Shown: positions 8,874-18,831, counted from the stretch's first letter. The stretch: DNA of 64,000 nt from an uncultured Chromatiaceae bacterium (GCA_964384525.1 CAYLKO010000002.1:35168-99167), one strand, 5' to 3'. The notes: generated from the sequence alone by a model not told the origin. A program made the numbers and translations.

Positions 8874-11800
8874 TGAGCGATCAGCCGCAGCAGGCCACGA
8901 AAGCCGCGCGCCGCTTCGGTGTATTGGCGCTGCTGGGAATCAGCAGTCACCTGCTGCTGCGCTTCGTGATCGCGATCATCAGCCTGGGACTGCTCCTGCT
9001 GATTTTCACTTTGTTCGTCCTGGGCACTCCACAAGGCAGCGCCTGGGTGGCGAGGACCCTCACGGACTTCAGTGGTGGGAAGGTGCAGGCCACGGGCGTG
9101 AGCGGCACGCTGCTCGCCGGGCTCGACCTCGAACGCTTCGATGTCAACACGGACACCGTGCAGGTCTCGATCGCACCGGCCGGGCTGCGTATGCACTGGC
9201 CGGATCTGTTGCGCGGCCGGTTGCGCCTGACGACTGCCCGCGCCGATGCCGTCACCATCGTGCTGCGACCCCGGCCGGAGCATGAGCCGGATGAACCGGT
9301 AGCGGCCTTGCGTCTGCCCCTGGCGATAGTCGTTGACGGGCTGCAGATCGGGAGATTGACGATCCGCACGGTGCCGGCAGCGGGCGACGAAGCCGGGGCA
9401 TCGGCCGTCGAGATCGGCCCCATCGCCCTGCGGGGTGACCTGACGAATGGCGTGATCCGCTTCGACCGCCTTCAGGTGCAGCTTTACGGCCTCAATGTGG
9501 AGGCGGCCGGCCGCTTCGGTACCGGCGAACCCTTTGCGCTGGCGAGCCAGCTGCGCTGGCGCATGCCGGCGGCGGCGATATCCGGTGCCGGCAGTGTGGC
9601 TGGCGATCTTGGCGACCTGCAGTTCGGGCAGGTGGTGGAACTGCCGTCGGCGGTACAGGTGGCGGGCCGGATCCACCTGCTCGGCGACCAGCCGCGCCTC
9701 GACGCCACGGCCCGCTGGACCGATCTTGAGCAGGCCCTGATGGCTGATGACCCGCGCTTCGTCCTGCAGAGTTCCTCCGGCGAGTTGCAGCTCCGTGGCT
9801 GGACGGATGATCTGTCGATCCGCTTGAACGGCCGGATCGCCCTTGGTGCGGATGCCATCAAGGGGAACGGGGGCCGCAGCGCCGCGCTGGCGGTGAGGGC
9901 CCACGGTGATCTCGAGCATCTGGACCTGCAGCGCATCGCGCTCGACGGTTTCGGTGGCGAGCTTCGCGGGACCGGCCGCGTGCAATTCCGGAACCCCGCG
10001 GCCCTGCAGTTGCAGCTGCAGGGCATGAACATCAACCCGGGCTTCATCGATCCCCGCTTCGATGGGCAGCTCAGCTTCGCTGCGGCTTTGTCGGGCGATG
10101 CAACCGGCAACTTCCGTGTCCAGGTGCCGGAGGCCGGCGGACGGCTGTTCGATCGACAGTTCAAGGCAGCCGGTACGGTGGCGCGCGAGGGGCAGCGCCT
10201 GACGCTGGACCAGGTCCGCGTGTCGTCGGGCGTGAATCGCCTGGCAGCGAGCGGGCAGTGGGGTCCGCGTGTGTCCGGCACCTTCGCCATCGATGCCCCC
10301 GACCTGGCAACCCTGTGGCCCGGCCTCAAGGGTGAACTGCGCGGCTCCGGGAGTGCCGCCGGCACGGCGCAGGAGCCACAGCTCGATATCGAGCTCGAGG
10401 GGCATCGGGTCGGCTATGACGATCTGCAGATCGAAACGCTCCGGGTGCGCGGCAGCCGGGATTGTCGTGCGCATCAGCAGCTCGATCTGTCTGCCGACAA
10501 TCTGCGCTGGAGCGGATCAGCCGTTGGCAACCTGGCGGCGGAGCTCGACGGCACACCGGCGAACCATGATCTGCACGCAAGCCTGACCGGCGGTGACGTC
10601 GCGTTCGAGTTCCGCGCAACGGGTGCCTGGCAGGCCGGCGGGCTGGCCTTGCGTTTCGCCCGGGCCAGCGTCCAGGTCGGCGATACCCGGACCTGGTCGT
10701 TGCAGGAGCCAGCCACCCTGCGGGTGGCCGGCAGGAACGTCACGCTCAGCGCGCATTGCTGGATCGGCCAGGGCGAACTCTGTGTCGCCGACAGCCGCCT
10801 CGACGCCGAGGGCATCGAGGCCGGCTTGAGGCTCCAGGCATTTCCCCTCGCGACCTTCTCGCCCTGGCTGCCGGCCGACCTTGAGGGCGATGGTACGGCC
10901 ACGGCCTGTGTGGCGATTGCCGGGACGGTTGGCCGCTACATCGGCCATCTGCAGGGCCGGCTGGATGAGGCGGCGCTCCGCTGGCGGACACAGGACGACG
11001 AAGAGGTGGAAACCACCTTCAGCGAATTCAAGGTGGAGGTCGATCTGGCCGATGCACTTTTGCAGTTCGACGCCCGTCTCGCCGAGAGCTTTGGCCTCCA
11101 CCTGTCTGCCCGGGGTACGGTGACCACGCCGTTTGGCGCCAACCCCACCGTCGACGCCCGGATCACGGGTGGCGTGCCGGATCTCGCCTCCCTCGGGCCG
11201 GTACTCGAGCGCTTTGTCGACATCGCGGACTTGAAGGGAGTGCTCGGCGTGGACGCCACCTTGTCCGGCAATGCCAGGCGACCGGATATCGCCGGTGGCG
11301 TTGAGCTGGATCAGGGCGCCTTCACGGTGCCCGTGGCCGGCATCACCGTCGACCGGATTGCCCTGGCCCTGCGTGGTCGCCCGGATGGACAGCTCGTCGC
11401 GACGGGCAATGCCCGCTCGGGCAAGGGCTTTGTTGCCCTGGACGGCAGCCTGGCCTGGCGCGACCAGCTGATGCCGACCGGCGATGCCACGATCAAGGGC
11501 CGGCTCTTCGACGTGATCCGCCTGCCCCAGGGCCTGGTGCAGGTATCACCGGACGCGCAGGTGCGCCTGCGCGATGGCCAGTTCCGGATCAGTGGCGAAG
11601 TGCTCGTGCCGCGCGCCGAGATCAAGCTGAAGAAGCTCGAAGAAAGCGGTGTCGAGCCATCCGAAGACACCGTGGTGCATGGGCGCACGGAGCTCGCCGT
11701 GGAACGCAAGCCTCCGTTGTTCATGCTGGATGGCCTGCAGGTGCGACTCGGCGAGCAGGTGTCCTTTGATGGCTTCGGGCTCAAGACCCGGCTGGTGGGC

Positions 11801-12439
11801 GGGCTGCGTCTGTCCCAGTCGCTGGGTGCTGATCCGAGGTTGGTGAGTGGCGCCGGGATCGTCACGCTGCAGGACGGCCTGTTCACGGTTTTCGGGCAGA
11901 AGCTGGCGATCGATCGCGGCTCACTGCTGTTTTCCGGCGTGGTCACCGACCCGGGACTGGATGTGAAGGCCAGCCGGGCCGTGACCTATCAGGGCCGGGA
12001 TGTAACCGTCGGCGTGCTGTTGTCCGGCACGGTGTCGCGGATCATCACCCGGATCTTTTCCGAGCCCGCCATGGGTGAGCTCGACGCCTTGTCCTATCTC
12101 ACCACGGGCAAGCCGCTGTCGGCCTCCAGTGTCGGCGATCGCTCGGCAGTGGCCAATGCAGCGGTCAGTCTGGGGCTGAGCCAGGCATTGCCGGTGGCCC
12201 AGAAATTGGGTTCAGCGCTCAATGTCGACGAGATCGGCCTCGACACCACCGACTCGGGGGGCACTGCGGTCGTGGTCGGCGAGCGTCTGGGCAATGATCT
12301 GTTCATCCGCTACAGCTACGGCGTGTTCGATCAGATCGGCACGATCAAGGTGACCTATCGCCTGTCGAAACGCCTCAGTCTGGAAGCCAGCTCCGGCAAT
12401 GAGCAATCCCTGGATCTGATCTATTCGGTGAACTGGTAG
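8873..12439 (+). CDS. tamB: translocation and assembly module inner-membrane subunit TamB (DUF490)
   Basis: 1188 aa with an N-terminal TM anchor (LLLRFVIAIISLGLLLLIFTLFVL), a long repetitive beta-rich body and a C-terminal DUF490-type end (...FIRYSYGVFDQIGTIKVTYRLSKRLSLEASSGNEQSLDLIYSVNW). Coupled to tamA. Confidence 0.85.
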   Translation: MSDQPQQATKAARRFGVLALLGISSHLLLRFVIAIISLGLLLLIFTLFVLGTPQGSAWVARTLTDFSGGKVQATGVSGTLLAGLDLERFDVNTDTVQVSIAPAGLRMHWPDLLRGRLRLTTARADAVTIVLRPRPEHEPDEPVAALRLPLAIVVDGLQIGRLTIRTVPAAGDEAGASAVEIGPIALRGDLTNGVIRFDRLQVQLYGLNVEAAGRFGTGEPFALASQLRWRMPAAAISGAGSVAGDLGDLQFGQVVELPSAVQVAGRIHLLGDQPRLDATARWTDLEQALMADDPRFVLQSSSGELQLRGWTDDLSIRLNGRIALGADAIKGNGGRSAALAVRAHGDLEHLDLQRIALDGFGGELRGTGRVQFRNPAALQLQLQGMNINPGFIDPRFDGQLSFAAALSGDATGNFRVQVPEAGGRLFDRQFKAAGTVAREGQRLTLDQVRVSSGVNRLAASGQWGPRVSGTFAIDAPDLATLWPGLKGELRGSGSAAGTAQEPQLDIELEGHRVGYDDLQIETLRVRGSRDCRAHQQLDLSADNLRWSGSAVGNLAAELDGTPANHDLHASLTGGDVAFEFRATGAWQAGGLALRFARASVQVGDTRTWSLQEPATLRVAGRNVTLSAHCWIGQGELCVADSRLDAEGIEAGLRLQAFPLATFSPWLPADLEGDGTATACVAIAGTVGRYIGHLQGRLDEAALRWRTQDDEEVETTFSEFKVEVDLADALLQFDARLAESFGLHLSARGTVTTPFGANPTVDARITGGVPDLASLGPVLERFVDIADLKGVLGVDATLSGNARRPDIAGGVELDQGAFTVPVAGITVDRIALALRGRPDGQLVATGNARSGKGFVALDGSLAWRDQLMPTGDATIKGRLFDVIRLPQGLVQVSPDAQVRLRDGQFRISGEVLVPRAEIKLKKLEESGVEPSEDTVVHGRTELAVERKPPLFMLDGLQVRLGEQVSFDGFGLKTRLVGGLRLSQSLGADPRLVSGAGIVTLQDGLFTVFGQKLAIDRGSLLFSGVVTDPGLDVKASRAVTYQGRDVTVGVLLSGTVSRIITRIFSEPAMGELDALSYLTTGKPLSASSVGDRSAVANAAVSLGLSQALPVAQKLGSALNVDEIGLDTTDSGGTAVVVGERLGNDLFIRYSYGVFDQIGTIKVTYRLSKRLSLEASSGNEQSLDLIYSVNW

Positions 12440-12446
12440 CGCAGGC

Positions 12447-12484
12447 AAAAAAAACCCGCCAGCTCCGGGGGAAGGAGTGGCGGG
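12447..12484 (-). terminator. rho-independent terminator (T-run on the minus strand); may also stop tamB transcription
   Basis: The + strand shows A8 followed by CCCGCCAGCTCC-loop-GGAGTGGCGGG. On the minus strand this is a GC stem-loop followed by T8. Confidence 0.6.
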
Positions 12485-12579
12485 CTACTCGCCGGGCCTG
12501 TCGGGCGTCACCCCCGGGGGGGAGGGGGGATTGCAGGAGTGACCTGCGCCGAGTGGCCCTGCTCTCTAAACGGTTGTCG

Positions 12580-12693
12580 TCAACCCAGGAAGACCCGCAG
12601 TGCGACCAGCGGAACCAGGATGGCAATTGCAAGCAGCAGCAGGTCACCGAACTCGTAAAAAAGATTGTGGTCGTTGTGGATGTCGATGTTCAT
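12580..12693 (-). CDS. 37-aa small membrane peptide, unknown function
   Basis: My own translation: MNIDIHNDHNLFYEFGDLLLLAIAILVPLVALRVFLG*. Strong SD (AAGGAGATATCGC-ATG), a single predicted TM helix, and a terminator downstream at 12447-12484. Below the track's size cutoff. Confidence 0.5.
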   Translation of the reverse strand: MNIDIHNDHNLFYEFGDLLLLAIAILVPLVALRVFLG

Positions 12694-12746
12694 GCGATAT
12701 CTCCTTGAAGCGAATCCTGATCTCACGGTGCCCATCCTGACCGGTT

Positions 12747-13844
12747 GTGGCGAGCACTTCCTTTCCGGCGGGTAACACTTTGTATCAACGTGTAACGGCG
12801 GCAGCTTCCGGCTACAGTGCGGGGCCGTTCATCCCGTGGAGCAGCCATGGAGAGCAGCCCTTGACCCGCAGCACGAACCACGCGACGAACGCCGCGGCAA
12901 ATCAGGCCCAAAGCGGCCCAGCCGCCGACGTGGCTGCACCGCTCCGGCAGTACTGGCAGCCACGCTATTGGCCGCTGTGGCTGGGCCTGGCGCTGATGCG
13001 ACTCAATGCCTTTCTGCCCTACCGGGCGCAGATGGCGGAGGGGCGCGGACTGGGCTGGCTGCTGTACCGCGTGATGCCGAAGCGTCGCAGCATTGCGGCC
13101 ACGAATCTGCGCCTGTGTTTTCCCGAACTCGACGAGCCTGCACAACAGCAGCTTTTGAAAGCCCACTTTGCTTCGCTCGGCGCCACCATCATCGAGCATG
13201 GCCTGGCCTGGTGGGGCAGTGATGCCCTGGTGCGTCGTCTGGTCGACCTGCGCGGCACGGAACATCTGACCCGGGCCATGGCGGGCGGGCGTGGCGTCGT
13301 GCTGCTGACCGGGCATTTCGGGCCGCAGGAGTTCAGCGGCCGGGCTTTCAACCTGGCGTGTCCGGCGACAGCCGGGTTCTATAGGCCGAACCGCAATCCG
13401 CTGGTCGATGAAATCCTGAAGACGGTCAGGCGCCGTTCGGCCGCGGTACTGATTCCCAAGGCTGCCCTGCGTCAGGTGGTGCGCACACTGCGCAGTGGCA
13501 TGCCGCTCTGGTACGCGGCGGATCAAAGTTATAGGCGCTCACAAAGCGCCCTCGTCCCGTTCTTTGGTGAGCCGGCGATGACCAGCACGGCACTCAGCGA
13601 GCTCTGCCGCCTCGGTCGGGCGGTGGTTGTTCCCCTGCTGCCCACCCGCCTGCCCGATGGTCGGGGTTATCGCCTGGACATCCTGCCGGCGCTCGAGAAT
13701 TTTCCGGGCGACTGCCCGGAAGCGGATGCCAAGCGCATCAATGCCATTCTGGAAGCCCACATACGCACGGTGCCGGCGCAATACTACTGGTTGCATCGAC
13801 GCTTCAAGGGGCGACCAGCCCCGTATCCGGATCCCTATCAGTGA
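12747..13844 (+). CDS. lpxL: lipid A biosynthesis lauroyl/myristoyl acyltransferase (LpxL/HtrB family)
   Basis: QPRYWPLWLGLALMRL..LPY, NLRLCFPEL, and LLTGHFGPQEF (the HX4D/E-type acyltransferase box) align with the E. coli LpxL layout. By comparison with LpxL length, the true start is probably GTG at 12930 (304 aa). Confidence 0.8.
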   Translation: MASTSFPAGNTLYQRVTAAASGYSAGPFIPWSSHGEQPLTRSTNHATNAAANQAQSGPAADVAAPLRQYWQPRYWPLWLGLALMRLNAFLPYRAQMAEGRGLGWLLYRVMPKRRSIAATNLRLCFPELDEPAQQQLLKAHFASLGATIIEHGLAWWGSDALVRRLVDLRGTEHLTRAMAGGRGVVLLTGHFGPQEFSGRAFNLACPATAGFYRPNRNPLVDEILKTVRRRSAAVLIPKAALRQVVRTLRSGMPLWYAADQSYRRSQSALVPFFGEPAMTSTALSELCRLGRAVVVPLLPTRLPDGRGYRLDILPALENFPGDCPEADAKRINAILEAHIRTVPAQYYWLHRRFKGRPAPYPDPYQ

Positions 13845-15154
13845 CCGGCCTTCCGGGCTGCGCCGGGGCGACCACCGCGTTGATCCGGAATCTTGATCGT
13901 GAAGGCATAGATGCTGAGGAAGGTCATGGCGACGGCGCCGACGATCATCGGACCGTGATGGCCCAGATGGGTATAGATCTGCGTGCCGACGAGCGGCCCG
14001 AGGATCGCGCCCAGCGTCGTGCCAGCCCCCAGAAAGCCGGCGGCTGCACCCTGTTCCCAGCCTTCGAGGCACAGGCTGGCGCTGCCGTTGATGCCGGGAC
14101 TGGCGCAGGCGAATGAGAGCCCCAGCACGCTGAAGCCGACGGCCAGCAGGGGCAGGGTGCGCGCCATGGCGATGACCACCAGTGCGATGACGAAAAACCG
14201 GCCCAGCAGGCGCAGGAGAATCTTGGGCCTCACCTTGACGAGCTGGAACACGCCGACCTGGACGACCACGATCGTCAGCGCCATGGAGATCAGCATCAGG
14301 CTGACCTGGCGCACCAGGGCCTTCGGGTCGGTGATGCCGAACTCGTCCTGCAGATAAAAACTCAGGATGAGTTGCAGCGCCATGAAAGCCAGGAAGAACG
14401 TGAACCACATCAGCAGAAACGGCCGCAGGCGCCGATCACCGAGTTTCAGGTTCACCTTCTTGCCGGCGTAGGGATGACGCGGTGGTTCCGGCAGAAAGCG
14501 CCAGCTCAACCCGACACCGACGATGCCGATGCCGGCGGCCGCGTACATTGGCACCAGGGGGCCGAGGAAGGCGAGTGCGCCGGCCAGCACCGGGCCGAGG
14601 ATGGAGCCCATGCCATTGGCCGCACCAATGATGGCCAGTCCCTGGGCGCGATGGCGCACATCCGTCACGTCGACGATGTAGGCCGTGGCGGACGGATAGA
14701 GGCCGGACGCGATGGCGCCATAGGCCGCCCGCGTGAGGCCGAACAGCACCAGCAGCCAGAAGCCCGTCAGGATGCCGCTTACACCCAGCTGCAACACGAG
14801 TGCGACCAGCAATGTGCCGACCGCGGCGCCGCTGATGCCGATGAGAAACACCGGCTTGCGGCCGATCACGTCGCTGCGCCGGCCCCAGAACGGTGAGCCG
14901 ATGATCAGTGGCAGGCTGGCCAGCGTCAGGGCGATGCCGAAGCTCTGCGCATCGAAGCCCACCTGGCGCGCCAGCGGGGTGACGATGACGAAGGTCAGGG
15001 ACTGGCCGATCGCAAACAGCATGACGCCCATGCCGAGGAGCAGGCGGGCACGGACCGGACCTTGGGCCGGACCCTGGGCCGTGGCCTCGGTCGTGGCTTC
15101 GGCCGCAGGCGATGGAACGTTCTCGTCAGTCGTCCGGTTCGTGGAGTGGGTCAT
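13838..15154 (-). CDS. MFS transporter
   Basis: 438 aa with ~12 hydrophobic segments and the MFS loop 2-3 signature GRRSDVIGRKPV. Lies 45 nt downstream of the NdvB-like gene. Its 3' end overlaps the lpxL 3' end by 7 nt (convergent). Confidence 0.8.
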   Translation of the reverse strand: MTHSTNRTTDENVPSPAAEATTEATAQGPAQGPVRARLLLGMGVMLFAIGQSLTFVIVTPLARQVGFDAQSFGIALTLASLPLIIGSPFWGRRSDVIGRKPVFLIGISGAAVGTLLVALVLQLGVSGILTGFWLLVLFGLTRAAYGAIASGLYPSATAYIVDVTDVRHRAQGLAIIGAANGMGSILGPVLAGALAFLGPLVPMYAAAGIGIVGVGLSWRFLPEPPRHPYAGKKVNLKLGDRRLRPFLLMWFTFFLAFMALQLILSFYLQDEFGITDPKALVRQVSLMLISMALTIVVVQVGVFQLVKVRPKILLRLLGRFFVIALVVIAMARTLPLLAVGFSVLGLSFACASPGINGSASLCLEGWEQGAAAGFLGAGTTLGAILGPLVGTQIYTHLGHHGPMIVGAVAMTFLSIYAFTIKIPDQRGGRPGAARKAGH

Positions 15155-15199
15155 CGGTGAATTGCGCGGCCATCAGCGGGAGTATCCGGTGGCGCAAGT

Positions 15200-17863
15200 C
15201 TACTTCACGTCGTAAACGGACAGAGTTTCGTCCGCTTCCCAGACCGCGGTCTCGGTCGGCTGCGGCAGACCAACCAGGCGGGCCGGCAGCGGCAGGGCAC
15301 TGACGATCGACATCAGAACCGCAGCCAGGTAGGGAATGGTCTGCACGATCAGCACCGTGATCCACACGGCGCGATCCGGGCTGCCCATGAGGTCGATGTT
15401 GCTGACACCCCAGGCGGCCAGGGCCAGCGTCGCCGCCATCAGCCACTCTTCGCGGGCTGCGCCCATTGCCGCCAGCAAGGCATGCCGTTGGGCCTGTTTG
15501 GGGGTGCGGAAGAACGGTTTGTCGCCATGGATCAGCCCGGACAGCACGGCCGTTGCGACGGTGTGCGACAGGGCGAGGCCGGCCAGCGCGGCCGCGAAAA
15601 TCTGCCGTGGCCGTGCGCCTACACAGGTGCGATAAAGATCGATCAGCTTGGCCGCCTTGAAGGCGAACAGCGACAGCGGCAGCACGGAGAAGATCATCAG
15701 CGGCGGATCCACCGACGTCGGCGCGAAGATCATCGCCGTCGACCACGCCAGCGCTGCGAAGTTGAACAGCAGGTTGGCGCCGTCGGCGAGCCACGGCAGC
15801 CAGCCCGACAGGAAGTGATAGCGCTGGCCGGCGGTCAGTGCGGAAGGCCGCCAGCCGAGGAGCACGCCGCCATGGCGACGCAGGATCCGCATCGCGCCAT
15901 AGGCCCAGCGGAAACGCTGCTGGCGGAAGTCGGCAAAGGTATCCGGCATGAGGCCGCGCCCATACGAGCGGGGCAGATAGGTGGCCTCCCAGCCCTGCAT
16001 GAAAAGGCGCAGGCCCAGTTCGGCATCCTCGGTGATGCACCACTCGCCCCAGCCACCGACTGCCTGCAGCGCCTCGCGCCGCACCAGCGTCATCGTGCCG
16101 TGCTGGATGATCGCGTTGCGCTCATTGCGCGTCACCATGCCGATATGGAAGAAGCCGGAGTATTCGGCATAGCAGCTGGCCTTGAAGGCGTTGTCCAGCG
16201 GATCGCGGTAATCCTGCGGCGCCTGGACGATGGCCAGTCGCGGGTTGGTGAAGGCCGGAGTCAGGTCGCGCAGCCAGTGGCTGTCCACCACATAATCGCT
16301 GTCGATCACCGCGATGATTTCGGCATCGTCGGCGGTGTGGGCCAGGGCGAAATTCAGTGCCCCGGCCTTGAAGCCGGCGAGCGGCGCCACGTGGAAAAAG
16401 CGGAAGCGGGCGCCGAGCGTTGCGCAGTGGGCTTCAACCGGCCGCCATGTGGCCTCGTCGCGGGTGTTGTTGTCCACCACCAGCACTTCGAAGTCCGGAT
16501 AGTCGAGCTTCGCCAGCGCATCCAGGGTTTCGATGACCATGGCGGGCGGTTCGTTGTAGCACGGCACATGGATCGAGACCTTGGGCGCAGGCCGGGAGTC
16601 CGTGGTGGCGTCCGTGGTGGTGACGAAGCGCCGTCGCCAGCTGGTGGCCCATTGGGCCTCGGCCCACTCGTGGGCTTCGGCGAGCACCACGGCAACCACG
16701 CCGGTGGAGCCGATGACCAGCAGCAGGCCCACGAGAATCGTGCTGATCGTCACGTACTGCTGCGAGTATTCGTACATCACCCAGACCACCGCCGTGGCGG
16801 TTGTGTAGGCCACCACGGCGAGAAAGCCGCGGCCTACATTGGCCAGCTTCCGGCTGTCGACCGAGAACGCGAGGAGCAGGATCAGACCGAGGCCGACGGC
16901 AATGCCGGCCAGCACCCGCCATTCGGGGATGCGGACGATGGGTGCGGTAAAGGCAAACTTGGCCTGCCGGTGAACATCGTAGACCCCCCAGTACGCACCC
17001 ACCGAACCCTCGGTCTGCCCCTTCCAGGGCTGATCAAAGGCTTCCATGAGGTAGTAGACGTACTTCTGGCTGGCGGCGCGATCGAGAAAGCGGCGGAGGA
17101 ACATCGCCTGGTTGGCTTCCGAGGCAACTGCGGAGTTCCGGGTGCGACCATTGCTGGGCCAGCCAACCTCGGCAAGGACGATCGGCTTGCCGGGGAACCG
17201 GCTCTTGAGCGCGGCCACCTTGTCGTCGATGTAGCCGATCGCCGTGGCCGCATCGATGCCTTCCCAGTAGGGCAGCATGTGCACGGCGAGATAGTCGACA
17301 TGGTCTGCCAGTTCCGGATGGCGCAGCCAGATGTGCCAGGGCTCGGCCGTGCTCACCGGCTGGCGGACGGCAGCGCGCACCTTGTCGAGCGTGCGGGACA
17401 GTTCGGCAACCGTGACATCGCCACGCAGGATCGCCTCGTTGCCGATGATCACGCGGATCACGTTCTTGTTGGCCTGGGCCAGATGAATGGCTTCCGACAC
17501 CTGGGTGGCGTTGTGCGCGGTGCGGGTGTCGATCCAGGCGCCGAGGGCCACCTTGATGCCATGGCTTTTCGCCAGGGCTGGAACTTCCGCCAGGGTGCCG
17601 TCGGTGCTGTAGGTGCGCACGGAACGGGTACGCCCCTTGAGCAGCTTCAGGTCTTCATCGATCTGTGCCGTCGTGGGAAAGTCGCCGACCACGGCATCCT
17701 GGCCGGCCCGATACGGCGAGAAGGCAAAGCCCTGGATTTCCTGCGGCCAGGGTGGCTCGGCTACCGGCTGGTTGGCGAGGCCCCACAAGGATACGGTGAT
17801 CAACCCCACAACAATCGCGATGAGGAATCCAGTGATGCGCATGGGTTTTCTTTGACTTGTCAC
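15200..17863 (-). CDS. bifunctional GH17 glycoside hydrolase / family-2 glycosyltransferase, NdvB-like beta-1,3-glucan synthase
   Basis: The N-terminal half has a GH17-like pattern (IGNEAILRGD, LAEVGWPSNG). This is followed by TM segments and then a GT2 domain (VSIHVPCYNEPP, VVDNNTRD, VIDSDY, QAPQDY, QRFRWAYG = QxxRW). Start is GTG 17863 or ATG 17842. Confidence 0.75.
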   Translation of the reverse strand: MTSQRKPMRITGFLIAIVVGLITVSLWGLANQPVAEPPWPQEIQGFAFSPYRAGQDAVVGDFPTTAQIDEDLKLLKGRTRSVRTYSTDGTLAEVPALAKSHGIKVALGAWIDTRTAHNATQVSEAIHLAQANKNVIRVIIGNEAILRGDVTVAELSRTLDKVRAAVRQPVSTAEPWHIWLRHPELADHVDYLAVHMLPYWEGIDAATAIGYIDDKVAALKSRFPGKPIVLAEVGWPSNGRTRNSAVASEANQAMFLRRFLDRAASQKYVYYLMEAFDQPWKGQTEGSVGAYWGVYDVHRQAKFAFTAPIVRIPEWRVLAGIAVGLGLILLLAFSVDSRKLANVGRGFLAVVAYTTATAVVWVMYEYSQQYVTISTILVGLLLVIGSTGVVAVVLAEAHEWAEAQWATSWRRRFVTTTDATTDSRPAPKVSIHVPCYNEPPAMVIETLDALAKLDYPDFEVLVVDNNTRDEATWRPVEAHCATLGARFRFFHVAPLAGFKAGALNFALAHTADDAEIIAVIDSDYVVDSHWLRDLTPAFTNPRLAIVQAPQDYRDPLDNAFKASCYAEYSGFFHIGMVTRNERNAIIQHGTMTLVRREALQAVGGWGEWCITEDAELGLRLFMQGWEATYLPRSYGRGLMPDTFADFRQQRFRWAYGAMRILRRHGGVLLGWRPSALTAGQRYHFLSGWLPWLADGANLLFNFAALAWSTAMIFAPTSVDPPLMIFSVLPLSLFAFKAAKLIDLYRTCVGARPRQIFAAALAGLALSHTVATAVLSGLIHGDKPFFRTPKQAQRHALLAAMGAAREEWLMAATLALAAWGVSNIDLMGSPDRAVWITVLIVQTIPYLAAVLMSIVSALPLPARLVGLPQPTETAVWEADETLSVYDVK

Positions 17864-18009
17864 CGCAGGCAGCGGATGGTTGGCGGGGCGCGTATTCTAG
17901 TCGCAGTCCAGGCAGATCGTGAGTATTCTCCCGGCTGCTTAACCGGCTCTTAACTGTCGCCGGACCAGACCTCCGATATTTAAACCGTGATGACGAAAAG
18001 GGCCCGGGC

Positions 18010-18810
18010 ATGAATGTGGTTGTTACTGGCAGTACCAAAGGCATCGGCTTTGGCCTGGCGCGCGAGTTTCTCCAGCGCGGGCACGATGTGGTGGTCTCCA
18101 GCCGGGGCTCCGCCGCGGTCGAGAAGGCCGTGACGGCACTGCGCACCGCGTTCCCGGCCCGCAAGGTGGTCGGCAAGGTATGTGACGTTGCCGATTACGG
18201 GCAGGTGCAGGCCCTGTGGGAGGCTGCGGTGGCGGGGTTGGGCAGTGTCGACATCTGGGTGAACAACGCCGGCCGGGATGGCCGCAAGGTTCCGTTTTTC
18301 ATGATTCCGCCGGATGACTACGCGAAGACCGTCAACACCAACGTGATCGGGCTCATGCACTGCCACCGGGTGGCTGTTCCCGGCATGTACAAGCAGGGTG
18401 CGGGCATGATCTGGAACATGGAGGGTTTTGGCAGCAACGGCGCGGTGCGCCCGACGATCAGCCCTTACGGCGCCACCAAGTATGCCCTCCGGTATTTCAC
18501 CAAGGCGATGGTGGCGGAGCTTGCAAAGACGCCCGTCCGGATCGGCTACCTGAGCCCCGGCATGGTGCTCACCGAACTTCTGGTGCCGCCGCCTGAACGC
18601 CGTGACAAGAACTGGGAACGATCGAGGAAGATCCTGAACATCCTCGCCGACACGGTCGAAACCGTGACCCCTTTTCTGGTCGAGGGCATGCTGCGCGAGC
18701 ATGGCAAGCACGGCGCCGCCGTGCGCTGGCTGACCAACCGGAAAATCCAGGGGCGCTTCCTGATGAACCTGTTCAGGAAGCGCGATGTACTCGGCCCGCT
18801 GGGCATCTGA
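18010..18810 (+). CDS. SDR family oxidoreductase
   Basis: MNVVVTGSTKGIGFGLA (TGxxxGIG), VNNAG, and YGATKYAL (YxxxK); 266 aa. Confidence 0.8.
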   Translation: MNVVVTGSTKGIGFGLAREFLQRGHDVVVSSRGSAAVEKAVTALRTAFPARKVVGKVCDVADYGQVQALWEAAVAGLGSVDIWVNNAGRDGRKVPFFMIPPDDYAKTVNTNVIGLMHCHRVAVPGMYKQGAGMIWNMEGFGSNGAVRPTISPYGATKYALRYFTKAMVAELAKTPVRIGYLSPGMVLTELLVPPPERRDKNWERSRKILNILADTVETVTPFLVEGMLREHGKHGAAVRWLTNRKIQGRFLMNLFRKRDVLGPLGI

Positions 18811-18831
18811 GCCCGCGGGCAGCCGGACCGG

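Noticed and set aside
8582-10474. 630-aa minus-strand ORF, plus 7590..8822 (410 aa)
   Set aside because: Both are antisense to tamB and tamA, which are well supported, and both have low-complexity Arg/Ala/Gly composition.
15482-17953. 823-aa + strand ORF
   Set aside because: It lies opposite the GH17-GT2 synthase gene. Its composition is Arg/Gly/His/Pro-rich and low-complexity, with no domain signature. This is a typical long antisense ORF in GC-rich DNA.
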